Source of the DNA: an uncultured Bizionia sp.
GTDB lineage: Bacteria; Bacteroidota; Bacteroidia; Flavobacteriales; Flavobacteriaceae
Reading direction: 5' to 3'
Length of the DNA stretch: 64,000 nt
Assembly (NCBI GenBank): GCA_947496215.1
Contig: CANMCF010000023.1
Span: forward strand, 2,111-66,110
A program made the position numbers and the translations under genes. The notes beneath the pieces were generated by a model, which did not search any database, was not told the origin of the DNA, and saw only the letters and a program-made list of their open reading frames with translations. Shown here one piece after another: positions 1 through 8,718 of this stretch (position 1 is the stretch's first letter; each line of letters begins with the position of its first letter).

Positions 1-168
1 GTAAAACTGATGTTAAGAGGTGAATTTTTACAGATGAAATACACGCTTTTAAAGGTTTATAAGCTTTTTGTTTTATGAATAGTTTAATGAAATAAGAATA
101 AAAGAGGTTTAAAATATTGAAAAAACGCTAAAATTAGGTTTTTGCTGAAAATACTTCAAAAAAAAGAA

Positions 169-1029
169 CTACTTGCTTTTACCTACGTAAGTTATTAAAA
201 TCTCTACGCGACGATCGTGTTTTGCTTCTCCTCCTAGAGGGAATTTACGTCGCAAACCAACATATTTCATTCGCTTTTTGTTTATTCCTTTTTTGGCTAG
301 GTAATCATAGATGTATTTTGCACGTGCAACGGACAAATTACGTTTTCTTGTTTTTTTGTCTACTGCATCTCTACTCATTTGTGTACAACAAACATGACCT
401 TGTATGGTAAAATAGATGTTATCGTGTTCTAACAGAAGCTTAGCTATTTTCTCTAGGGTTTTCTTGGATTCTGAAGTAACGTAGCTATAACTCGTTTTAA
501 AGTATATTTTTTCCAGGCGTATCTTATCCCCTTTCTTTATGTTTCCTTTTTTAATGTCCTCTGTCGTCTTTGGTCCATCATCGAGGACTATATTTTCATC
601 TGTTGTGGCAGTTTCTTCAATCTCCGGTTGTTTTTTGGAAATGATGATCTCCACCTTTCTGTTTAAACCTCTAATCTTATGAACTTCGGTTTCATTCAAT
701 ATTTTCAATAGAATCTCTCCTTTTCCATTAACATTGGTAATTAAATTAGGGTCGATGCCATAACCGGAAAAAACCTCCTTTATTTTGTCTGCCCTATTTT
801 GGGATAACTCTAAATTATACTTGTCGGTACCTCGATCATCACAAAAGCCATAGATGGAAATTCTTTCTATTTCGATGTCGTCCAAAGATGAGATGAATAG
901 GAGCAATCTGTTTTCCTCTGTTAAAGGAACATCATATTTATCCGTATCAAAGTACACATCGTGTGTGATTTCATCTTGAGATGATGCAAGGTTCGAAATT
1001 AAGAATAATATTATAAATAGTCTTTTCAT
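169..1029 (-). CDS. OmpA family protein with signal peptide and two OmpA-like peptidoglycan-binding domains
   Basis: N-terminal signal peptide MKRLFIILFLISNLASSQ. Two OmpA_C-like motifs (LSQNRADKIKEVF...NRKVEI and LSVARAKYIYDYL...DRRVEI). Confidence 0.85.
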   Translation of the reverse strand: MKRLFIILFLISNLASSQDEITHDVYFDTDKYDVPLTEENRLLLFISSLDDIEIERISIYGFCDDRGTDKYNLELSQNRADKIKEVFSGYGIDPNLITNVNGKGEILLKILNETEVHKIRGLNRKVEIIISKKQPEIEETATTDENIVLDDGPKTTEDIKKGNIKKGDKIRLEKIYFKTSYSYVTSESKKTLEKIAKLLLEHDNIYFTIQGHVCCTQMSRDAVDKKTRKRNLSVARAKYIYDYLAKKGINKKRMKYVGLRRKFPLGGEAKHDRRVEILITYVGKSK

Positions 1030-1089
1030 GATTATAAGTACATCATTAAATATACCAAAATTTTATATGGCTGATGTTTTTTGTTTTCT

Positions 1090-2733
1090 CTATTTTAAAT
1101 ATTTGTTGTATTTGGATGGGTTTGCGAGTATTTCCGTTGCTTTTTTTATTTCTTCATTATGTACTTTGTAATAGTCATACAAACCTTCTCTATATACATA
1201 TCGTTTTACGATTTCATCCGTCAACAATCCAACCAACTGTACTTTGTTTTCATCGATGGCCTTTAATTTTGAGTTGTTTAAATTGGATATTAGCCTATTG
1301 TAATCTTTTTGTATGTCGTCATCCAACTTTTCAGTTTTGGCAACTTTTAAAACTTTCGACAATGATTTTTCTGTTTTTGTTTCAAAGGAGAAATTGGTTG
1401 TCTTGAGATAGTTTTTAAAATCGGAAAAATCGGAATCATTGAATTTAAATGTATTTATGTCTTCTATCTTATGGCTATAATGATACTTTGTGGCATAATC
1501 GAATATGCTTTGGTTGTTCAATATTGCTTTTGTTATTGCTGAATTCTTTGAATAAGCCAAAACCTCATCAGGAAAAACACCACCACCATCAAATACTTTG
1601 CGACCATTTTTTGTTTTGAACTCGTTGTAGTCTTTTTGTTCCACGCGAATGGCATTTCCCTTGTCATCCTTGTTCCAATAGTCCAAAGCTTGTATACAGC
1701 GTCCAGAAGGCGTATAATAGCGGGAAATGGTAACCTTTAGTTGTGTGCCATACGTTAGTTTCTTTGGGCGTTGAACCAAACCTTTTCCAAAACTCCTTGA
1801 GCCGACCACTACGGCACGATCCAAATCTTGTAGTGTTCCGGATACTATTTCACTAGCAGAGGCACTACCTCCATTTATCAATACTACAACCGGTATTTCG
1901 GTATCTATGGGATCTTTTTTTGTGTAATAGGTCCTGTTGTATTTTTTAACCTTGGATTTTGTGGTTACCACCAACTGTCCTTTGGGAACAAATAGGTTTA
2001 CTACATTTACGGCTTCACGAAGCAAACCTCCAGGATTTCCTCTTAAGTCCAGAATAATTCTTTCTGCCCCTTGCGCCTTTAAATCTTTCAAGGCATAGCC
2101 AGTTTGTGAGGATGCTTTGGTGTTGAACTTTCTAAGAACGATATAACCAGTTTTTTCATCTACCATCGAAAAATGAGGTACGGCATCAATTTCTATTTCA
2201 GAACGTTTTACAGTGGCTGTGTTTTCTTTTCCTTGTCTTAGGTAGGTTACCTGAAAAGAGGAGTTGGGAGCGCCTTTCAAAAGGTTTGAGGCATCATCTT
2301 TGTATGTGGATATCAATATGTCCCCTACTTTTATGATTTCGTCTCCGGCTTTTAAACCCGCCTTGTCTGCTGGATAATCCTTGTATGGCTCTATGACTAC
2401 GAGCTTGTCTTTCAATGTTCTTATTCTTGCTCCTACACCAGTATAGTCGCCAGTTCGTTTTATACGTTCGGCTTCAACGTCCTGTTCATTGTAAAAACGT
2501 GTATATGGATCCAATTCATTAAGCATATTCTTAATGGCGTTGTCCATTAAATCACCAGGGTTTGTCTCATCGACATAGTTCATGTTCAACTCTTTGAACA
2601 ATGTGGTGAAAATTTCTATTTGCTTGGCAATTTCAAAGAAATCGTTGTTATAGGCCTTGAATGCGGTTCCGGTTAATAAGATAGAGAGCGCTAGGGTCGG
2701 AATGATTAGTTTGCGTTTCAGAATTGTTTTCAT
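1090..2733 (-). CDS. S41 family carboxy-terminal processing peptidase (PDZ domain)
   Basis: PDZ-like segment (AGLKAGDEIIKVGD), LRGNPGGLL, and the catalytic-serine region GGSASASEIVSG. The ORF extends to 2796, but MKTILKRKL with a signal-like helix at 2733 is the more plausible start. Confidence 0.9.
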   Translation of the reverse strand: MKTILKRKLIIPTLALSILLTGTAFKAYNNDFFEIAKQIEIFTTLFKELNMNYVDETNPGDLMDNAIKNMLNELDPYTRFYNEQDVEAERIKRTGDYTGVGARIRTLKDKLVVIEPYKDYPADKAGLKAGDEIIKVGDILISTYKDDASNLLKGAPNSSFQVTYLRQGKENTATVKRSEIEIDAVPHFSMVDEKTGYIVLRKFNTKASSQTGYALKDLKAQGAERIILDLRGNPGGLLREAVNVVNLFVPKGQLVVTTKSKVKKYNRTYYTKKDPIDTEIPVVVLINGGSASASEIVSGTLQDLDRAVVVGSRSFGKGLVQRPKKLTYGTQLKVTISRYYTPSGRCIQALDYWNKDDKGNAIRVEQKDYNEFKTKNGRKVFDGGGVFPDEVLAYSKNSAITKAILNNQSIFDYATKYHYSHKIEDINTFKFNDSDFSDFKNYLKTTNFSFETKTEKSLSKVLKVAKTEKLDDDIQKDYNRLISNLNNSKLKAIDENKVQLVGLLTDEIVKRYVYREGLYDYYKVHNEEIKKATEILANPSKYNKYLK

Positions 2734-2832
2734 CTGTTCTTTTTTATTGTTTTTAATAGTCAGATGGAATTTGCCAAAATTATGATCTCGGCTCATTTCA
2801 TAGCTTGGTATTTCCGAATATTAGGATAATTT

Positions 2833-3201
2833 CTAAATATTGGAAATATGGACCTTAAATTTACTAAATAAAGCTTTCATTTTGGTGTTTAATAGCTTAA
2901 AATCTGGCTTTTCTTTGCCAATGTATAAAATCATAAACGAATAACCATAAATGTTGTTGTCTATTAACATATTTTTATTAAGTCTGTAATTTTCACGCAA
3001 TAAGCGCTTTATCATAATACGATCCACAGCTTTTTTAAAATTTCGCTTACTTACGGAAACTCCTACCTTCAAGCCAATGGTTTCGTTCTTTAGATAAACC
3101 AATCGCAAAGGATATGCCGAAATGCTCTGACCTTCGGTAAACAATTTACCGATGGCTTTCTCGTTTTTAAGTTTTTCGGTCTTGTTATAGGTAAACTTCA
3201 T
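2833..3201 (-). CDS. rnpA: Ribonuclease P protein component
   Basis: 122-aa basic protein. It has the RnpA-type motif VSVSKRNFKKAVDRIMIKRLLRENYR and typical size. Confidence 0.85.
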   Translation of the reverse strand: MKFTYNKTEKLKNEKAIGKLFTEGQSISAYPLRLVYLKNETIGLKVGVSVSKRNFKKAVDRIMIKRLLRENYRLNKNMLIDNNIYGYSFMILYIGKEKPDFKLLNTKMKALFSKFKVHISNI

Positions 3202-3224
3202 AGGTTTTAGAGATGTGCTAGGGT

Positions 3225-4037
3225 CTAATTTCTCAAAGCTTTGTTACTAATGGATTCCTTTAGTTCCAACAACTGGCTTTCCAATTCATGAAGCCTATCA
3301 TAGACATCCACAGGTTCTGGCATTTGTTTTGAGGCAAACATCGTGACGTACCACACTTCCATGATGTCCTCGATGTCTATGGTGTAGGTTGGATAGTTAC
3401 CATCCTTGTTGTCACTCTTTAGAATTAACTTTCCTCGTTTGTCTATTCTGTTTATTACACGTTTTAGGACAATCCCATCATTCTTGCTTACAATGACGTA
3501 GACACGTCCGTCTTTTACTTCATTCAAGTCCTCTACATATTTTCCAAAAACCAAATCACCATCGAAAAAAGTACGCACCATGGAGTTACCTTGTACCTCG
3601 AAGCACCTGAAGGTCCCATTGGTAAGTTGTGGCATATGGAAAGATGGCAATGTTTCTATGTATTCCGTGTCTCCATACCCATCCAAGTATCCCGCACGAG
3701 CTTTAATTGGAACATAAACGACGTTTTCTTCGTTGTCTTGGTTGACGGCTATAACTTGAGGTACTCCAGAATATGTTTGAATTTGAGGCACTTCATCTTT
3801 TAACATTATAGTACTTCTTCCAAAAAGGTAATCCGGATTTATATCGAATTCTTCAATTATTGCAGATAGGACATCATATCCAGGTTTTGTTTTTTTTCGA
3901 GAACCATCAGATTGAGGTCTTCCATTGACTATGCTATCTATGGTAGTTCCCGTAACTCCTATGCGTTTTGAAAAAGAAAAGTTGTTTAGTTGGAAGTGAT
4001 TAATAATCGCTTTTATTTTATCATCTATGGTCTCCAT
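3225..4037 (-). CDS. HTH + peptidase S24 (LexA / phage CI-like) transcriptional repressor
   Basis: N-terminal HTH-like region (FSFSKRIGVTGTTIDSIVNG). C-terminal S24 fold signature with the GNSM serine motif (VQGNSMVRTF) and a downstream Lys (IVLKRV). Divergent from the large gene at 4387. Confidence 0.8.
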   Translation of the reverse strand: METIDDKIKAIINHFQLNNFSFSKRIGVTGTTIDSIVNGRPQSDGSRKKTKPGYDVLSAIIEEFDINPDYLFGRSTIMLKDEVPQIQTYSGVPQVIAVNQDNEENVVYVPIKARAGYLDGYGDTEYIETLPSFHMPQLTNGTFRCFEVQGNSMVRTFFDGDLVFGKYVEDLNEVKDGRVYVIVSKNDGIVLKRVINRIDKRGKLILKSDNKDGNYPTYTIDIEDIMEVWYVTMFASKQMPEPVDVYDRLHELESQLLELKESISNKALRN

Positions 4038-4066
4038 AAGCTATTTCAAATTAAATTAAACTTTTT

Positions 4067-4110
4067 ACAGAATACACTGTAAAATGTTTGTTTTTATTTG
4101 TAAAATGTTT
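4067..4110 (+). promoter_or_regulatory. Bacteroidota-type promoter (-33 TTTG at 4077-4080, -7 TATATTTG at 4101-4108) overlapped by two direct TGTAAAATGTTT boxes (4069-4080, 4089-4100)
   Basis: The sequence ctgtaaaatgtttgtttttatttgtaaaatgttttatatttgta matches the TTTG/TAnnTTTG consensus with about 20 nt spacing. The same architecture recurs at 13090-13152 and 22420-22463. Confidence 0.6.
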
Positions 4111-4386
4111 TATATTTGTACTGCAATAATGTTGCTAATATACAAAATTATCTATAAATCAAACATTTGTATAAAAACAGAGCAACAATTTCTTGATTTT
4201 ACATAAAAGACGTCTTGAAAAATCAAAACGACGGATAACTATTCAAACATTTTTTTGAATAGGGTGGAGAGTTATGCCTTTCATTATTAAGGCTTTGTAT
4301 TGAGGTTTACCTGTTGGAAAAGCGAAATGAAGACAGTTCTTGATAACAAGAACCCAATAATGATTATAAATTTTAAAACAATTAGA
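4111..4386 (+). promoter_or_regulatory. Long conserved 5' leader of large gene 1, containing a 9-bp-stem hairpin (4239-4247/4254-4262) and a 9-codon uORF MPFIIKALY (4274-4303)
   Basis: About 235 nt (from 4158) are nearly identical to 13187-13418, with roughly 14 differences by eye. The coding sequence that follows is clearly more diverged than that. Confidence 0.5.
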
Positions 4387-7300
4387 ATGAGAAAAGAGAT
4401 TAAACAAAACCTATTTAGATTCGTAACCTTACGTAATCCACAATTAATAGACAAAAAGGAAAGCCATCCGGGATTTGTGTATCATCCAGACGATAATTAT
4501 GAAAGAAGTGTTTATTCTGAGGTGCTTTCAGAGACAGATGAAGCAAGTAAAATGGCCTTGTCAAAAGCAGTGTCAGATGAATTTGTTCCTTTGAAGGGAA
4601 GAAAAGGCGTAAAAGACTATAGGCAAACCATATATGACTTTTCATTATGGTTGATGCGTAACAAAAACCATTTGTCGTACAAAAGCATAAAATCAAATGC
4701 ACAAGGAGTAGATAATTTGACGACAGAAGCACTTTTGGTTATCTGGGACAATTTGATATATCAAACGATAAACAAGAAATCCGTCTATGTGAGGGAAGCT
4801 TTGATACAAGTCTTGATAGCAGATCAATTCTTTAAGGCGTTCAAAGATTTCTCTGCTGGTTTATCTGGAGATATCTTGTTCACGGAAGATCAAGAAAAGG
4901 AGTTTGTTCGTAGAGCCAATGCGAGTGTTGTAATTTCGAAGGCATTATTGGCTGCAACGACGATAAAACCAACAACAAAGGAAAAAAGGGTAAGCATATC
5001 TAAAATCAAAGAGCTTGAAAATGCTACTGATGTTGCGTTGGCAAAAGAGCGAGTACAAAGATACCAAACCTTGGTTGAAGAGTTGAAAAGTGTCGAGACC
5101 AAGTATAAAAATGAGAATCAAGTCAAGTATGAAAAAGCTTTGACTGACTATAACCAGACGATTGAAAACCTTTTGAAAAAGGTGGAACCGGTAATTGTAG
5201 AGGAAACCAATACCAAAGGAGAGGTTTCAAAAATAGAAACATATCCAAATTTGGATTTGCCAAAATTTGTTTACAACAAGGAAGCGGCAATCAACAAGGA
5301 ATATTTGACGAACAAGATTTCCAAAGACTCATTGGCTATTTTGGAGGAACAAGGATTGGATGTCCATAAGGATTTTTCAGAAGTGTTTGATGCAGTAAAA
5401 ACAAAAGTCAAAGATGAAAATGAAATTATTCTTGGCAAGGCGCCTAAACAAATAAAAACGCTCAAAGTAGGAGGGGCAAGCGTTACCGTCAATCCGAGTT
5501 TGGAATCCGAACCATATGACTATAACATTAGTCCATTGCATTCTATAAATCCAGGAGGGTTGAGAAATATCAACATGTTGATATTCAATTACGTTCAAGA
5601 TTCTCAAATAACGGATGTATCCTATAAGATAACTTTTAACAATGGTACGGAAAAAACAAGTACGGATTTCACCATATTCAATTCAGGAACAACGCAAATT
5701 TTAAGATTGTTTCCAAACTTGATTGCTTTTCCATTTGGGACGCTGTCATACACATTAGAAGGGGAGATCACATTGGAAGATCAAACAAAGCTTAGCTTTA
5801 GTAAGCTTGTAAAAATGAAAAGCAGACACAACTTTGGAATGTTTGATTTGCAAAATGATGATTCTGGTGACAACCCTGTGGATTCTCAGGTATTTGGAGT
5901 TACCAACCTGGGAATAGCCGACTTTAGACGTGTGGAACAAGAAGTATGCTGTTATGTGCCTGGGGAAGTGTCCCATATAGAAAACATCATGGCGCGAGAA
6001 TACAAAGAACGTGCAACGAGAAGTTTGAACAGCATAGAGACCACCAGTGAAGAAACCTCGGAGCGTGAAACGGAAAAACTTACAGATACCACAACAACGG
6101 AGCGTAATGAAATGCAAAGTGAAGTATCTTCTGTAATCAATGAAGACAAATCCAAGAACTATGGGGCAAACGCAAGTGTAAGTGGCAAGTTTGGTACCAC
6201 AAGTTTCAATGCAGGAGCACATTTCGATGCATCATCATCCAGTTCCACATCAAACTCCAACAGCCAAGCACAGACGTATGCACAGGAAGTCACGGAAAGA
6301 GCCATGGAGCGTATTGTGCAAAAGGTGAGCAGCAAGCGTACATCCCGTATATTGAAGGAGTTTGAAGAAAACAACAAGCATGGTTTCGATAACACGAAGG
6401 GAGACAAACATATTACAGGAGTATATCGTTGGGTGGATAAAATCTACAAGAATAAATTGATAAACTATGGTAAACGTCTAATGTATGAATTTGCTATTCC
6501 AGAACCTGCAAGATTCTTAAAAGATGCATTGATTAAAAAAGCAGACGATGGGCAATTGGATTCAGGTATCATTTTACCGGTAGAGCCAGTAAAACCAAGT
6601 ACGATAGGGTTGAATTCAGCGACCAACATAAATGAAAGCAGCTACCAAGGATTTGCATCCAAATATGCTGCCGAAGTTAGTGCTCCAGTAGATCAATACT
6701 TGAAAATTGGTCGCGCTTTCTCCAAAGACGATCAGAGTTATGATGCCAAAGGATATGCATTTAACGACATTGATGTTCCAGAAGGATATTATGCAACGTC
6801 GGGAACAGTTAATTGGGCTGTGATCCAGAAGAACAATTCGCATAAGTTCATGTCCATTGGGTTGGGAGATTCAAGACATTCTGTAATTGGAGGATCTGGA
6901 AGTACGTCTTTTTATAATTTTTCTGACATCTATAAAAAGAATATCCCATTCTCATTCAACACTTGGTACATTCACTCAGGGCATTTCAATGTTACGATAA
7001 ACTGTACAAGAAGCAATGAAGAGTACAAGCAATGGCAAAATGAAACATATACTGCCATCATGGATGCCTACAACGATCGTTTGCGTGAGTATAACGAAGC
7101 TATGGCCGCAAACAACATTGTTCCAGACAACGATGAGAAAGTTTCTTTCAATCCGGCCTTCAATAGAAGTCTTGAGAAAAAAGAGTTGAAACGCATTGCC
7201 ATCGAGTTGTTGATAGATCAAGACAGAGTATCCAAAAACGATTATGTGGACGATTCTTTGGTCAAGGTTAAAAACGATGAAGCCTTCCATGCACATGCGG

Positions 7301-8337
7301 CTACGGTGAAGTTCTTTGAGCAAGCCTTCGATTGGGACATCATGGCTTATGTCTTATATCCGTATTTCTATGCGAAGCAATCGGATTGGAAGACATTGTT
7401 CCAAGAAACAGACGTTGCAGATCCTATTTTCCAAGCCTTTTTACAGTCGGGTATGGCAAGAACGGTTGTTCCTGTGCGTCCAGGGTTCGAAGATGCGGTA
7501 AACTGGTACATGTCCACGGGCGAAATCTGGAATGGGGAAGGATTGATCACAGATCAAGACGATGATCTTTACGTGTCCATCTCAGAAGAAATGGAAACTG
7601 TGGAAGGAGTAGTGGAAGAGACTTGGGAAACACGTTTGCCTACGAGTTTGACGGTGATACAAGCTGGGTCCATAGGTTTGAATGTGGAAGGCCTACCATG
7701 CAATGTGGATTGTGATGACTTTGCGTTGTTCGATTCTGATGGAAACCCAGTATTGGATTCAAACGGAAACCCATTGACAAACAACCCTATAGAGCAAACC
7801 GATGTTTTGATTGGAGGAGCCTCTGGGGTAGGAGGAACTGGTACAGAGGAACTTAAAATGGTCGAGTTTACCTTTGTGGACAACACGGGAAGCAATTTTG
7901 CCAATATAGGGGAGTATGATGCAGAAGGAGCCTTTCCTTTGGTTTTCAAATGCATGGATCAAAAAATAGAGATTCAAAGAGAAGCCCAATGGCATGCCTC
8001 AAACAGCGTTGGTGTAATCTATCAGAAATTGGCGGAACAAGTGTCTTTGATTTCAGGGATTCAGGCAAATCAAGTCTTTAGTAAGAAAGGAGATCCATTG
8101 GGAATTAGATTCAAGGTAGAGATAGCCAAAATTCCAACATTCACATTTGAGAAATTCGTTGAAAAAGGAGCGTTCTCCGAACCAAACCACGATTTATTGA
8201 AGCTAATCATCAATGATACTGCTGTAAAGGTGATATCTCCTACCGTGTATTTGGATAGAATCTTCGATAAAGCAAATACAGGGCTCAAGGAAGCAGAATT
8301 AAACATCAATTTACCTATCGATAGGTTTTTGGTATGA
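4387..8337 (+). CDS. Giant protein 1 of an unrecognised family (about 1316 aa). No signal peptide. Mosaic of conserved and variable modules.
   Basis: Uninterrupted ORF 4300-8337; the track start is a TTG, and ATG 4387 (MRKEIKQNLFRFVTLRNPQLI) aligns with the paralog. Paralog of 13419-17081. I recognise no known domain signature. Confidence 0.85.
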   Translation: MRKEIKQNLFRFVTLRNPQLIDKKESHPGFVYHPDDNYERSVYSEVLSETDEASKMALSKAVSDEFVPLKGRKGVKDYRQTIYDFSLWLMRNKNHLSYKSIKSNAQGVDNLTTEALLVIWDNLIYQTINKKSVYVREALIQVLIADQFFKAFKDFSAGLSGDILFTEDQEKEFVRRANASVVISKALLAATTIKPTTKEKRVSISKIKELENATDVALAKERVQRYQTLVEELKSVETKYKNENQVKYEKALTDYNQTIENLLKKVEPVIVEETNTKGEVSKIETYPNLDLPKFVYNKEAAINKEYLTNKISKDSLAILEEQGLDVHKDFSEVFDAVKTKVKDENEIILGKAPKQIKTLKVGGASVTVNPSLESEPYDYNISPLHSINPGGLRNINMLIFNYVQDSQITDVSYKITFNNGTEKTSTDFTIFNSGTTQILRLFPNLIAFPFGTLSYTLEGEITLEDQTKLSFSKLVKMKSRHNFGMFDLQNDDSGDNPVDSQVFGVTNLGIADFRRVEQEVCCYVPGEVSHIENIMAREYKERATRSLNSIETTSEETSERETEKLTDTTTTERNEMQSEVSSVINEDKSKNYGANASVSGKFGTTSFNAGAHFDASSSSSTSNSNSQAQTYAQEVTERAMERIVQKVSSKRTSRILKEFEENNKHGFDNTKGDKHITGVYRWVDKIYKNKLINYGKRLMYEFAIPEPARFLKDALIKKADDGQLDSGIILPVEPVKPSTIGLNSATNINESSYQGFASKYAAEVSAPVDQYLKIGRAFSKDDQSYDAKGYAFNDIDVPEGYYATSGTVNWAVIQKNNSHKFMSIGLGDSRHSVIGGSGSTSFYNFSDIYKKNIPFSFNTWYIHSGHFNVTINCTRSNEEYKQWQNETYTAIMDAYNDRLREYNEAMAANNIVPDNDEKVSFNPAFNRSLEKKELKRIAIELLIDQDRVSKNDYVDDSLVKVKNDEAFHAHAATVKFFEQAFDWDIMAYVLYPYFYAKQSDWKTLFQETDVADPIFQAFLQSGMARTVVPVRPGFEDAVNWYMSTGEIWNGEGLITDQDDDLYVSISEEMETVEGVVEETWETRLPTSLTVIQAGSIGLNVEGLPCNVDCDDFALFDSDGNPVLDSNGNPLTNNPIEQTDVLIGGASGVGGTGTEELKMVEFTFVDNTGSNFANIGEYDAEGAFPLVFKCMDQKIEIQREAQWHASNSVGVIYQKLAEQVSLISGIQANQVFSKKGDPLGIRFKVEIAKIPTFTFEKFVEKGAFSEPNHDLLKLIINDTAVKVISPTVYLDRIFDKANTGLKEAELNINLPIDRFLV

Positions 8338-8681
8338 GTCAAGTAAAATTGGAAATGATATGGCAACACGAGAAAGTGTTGCCATACATTCTCAATGATC
8401 TAAAAAAGCAAGTAGAGACCATCACAACAGTACATGGTATTGTGTTGTATGGTAGTCGTGCAAAAACGAACATTGAGAATTGGGACACTTTAAAAGGCAA
8501 GGATTGGGATGTTGTGGTGGTAACAGATTTTCCAATAGTCAATACTCAAATATGGACTCAGGATGAAAACTACCATATAGACTTGAGGGTCATTGATAAA
8601 AAAAGAGCGGATGAAATACTGGGGTTTTTGAAACAGACCATAGAATTATATCCTGTGAATCAATTGAAACAGCCTTTTTAA
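8334..8681 (+). CDS. Small Pol-beta-superfamily (minimal) nucleotidyltransferase-like protein
   Basis: VLYGSRAKTN...KDWDVVVVTD fits the G-S...DxD minimal NTase pattern. Its start overlaps the giant gene stop (ATGA), which suggests translational coupling. Confidence 0.45.
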   Translation: MSQVKLEMIWQHEKVLPYILNDLKKQVETITTVHGIVLYGSRAKTNIENWDTLKGKDWDVVVVTDFPIVNTQIWTQDENYHIDLRVIDKKRADEILGFLKQTIELYPVNQLKQPF

Positions 8682-8718
8682 CTCAAAAATTTCAAGTGTA
8701 ATTTAAAAAAAAGAAAGA

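Noticed and set aside
4300-4386. The upstream extension of giant ORF 1 (TTG at 4300, ATG at 4327), and the equivalent ATG at 13362, as true starts.
   Set aside because: Substitutions between the two copies in this segment are not biased toward synonymous changes (DN vs KD, PIM vs LII). The TTG overlaps the conserved uORF stop. The ATGs at 4387 and 13419 begin the clearly conserved protein sequence. This is not excluded, only judged less likely.
5755-6222. 155-aa ORF antisense to the conserved core of giant gene 1, along with several other small ORFs on both strands within both giant genes.
   Set aside because: The sense frame is uninterrupted for about 4 kb and is conserved with its paralog at the protein level. 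The antisense ORFs are not conserved as ORFs in the paralog.
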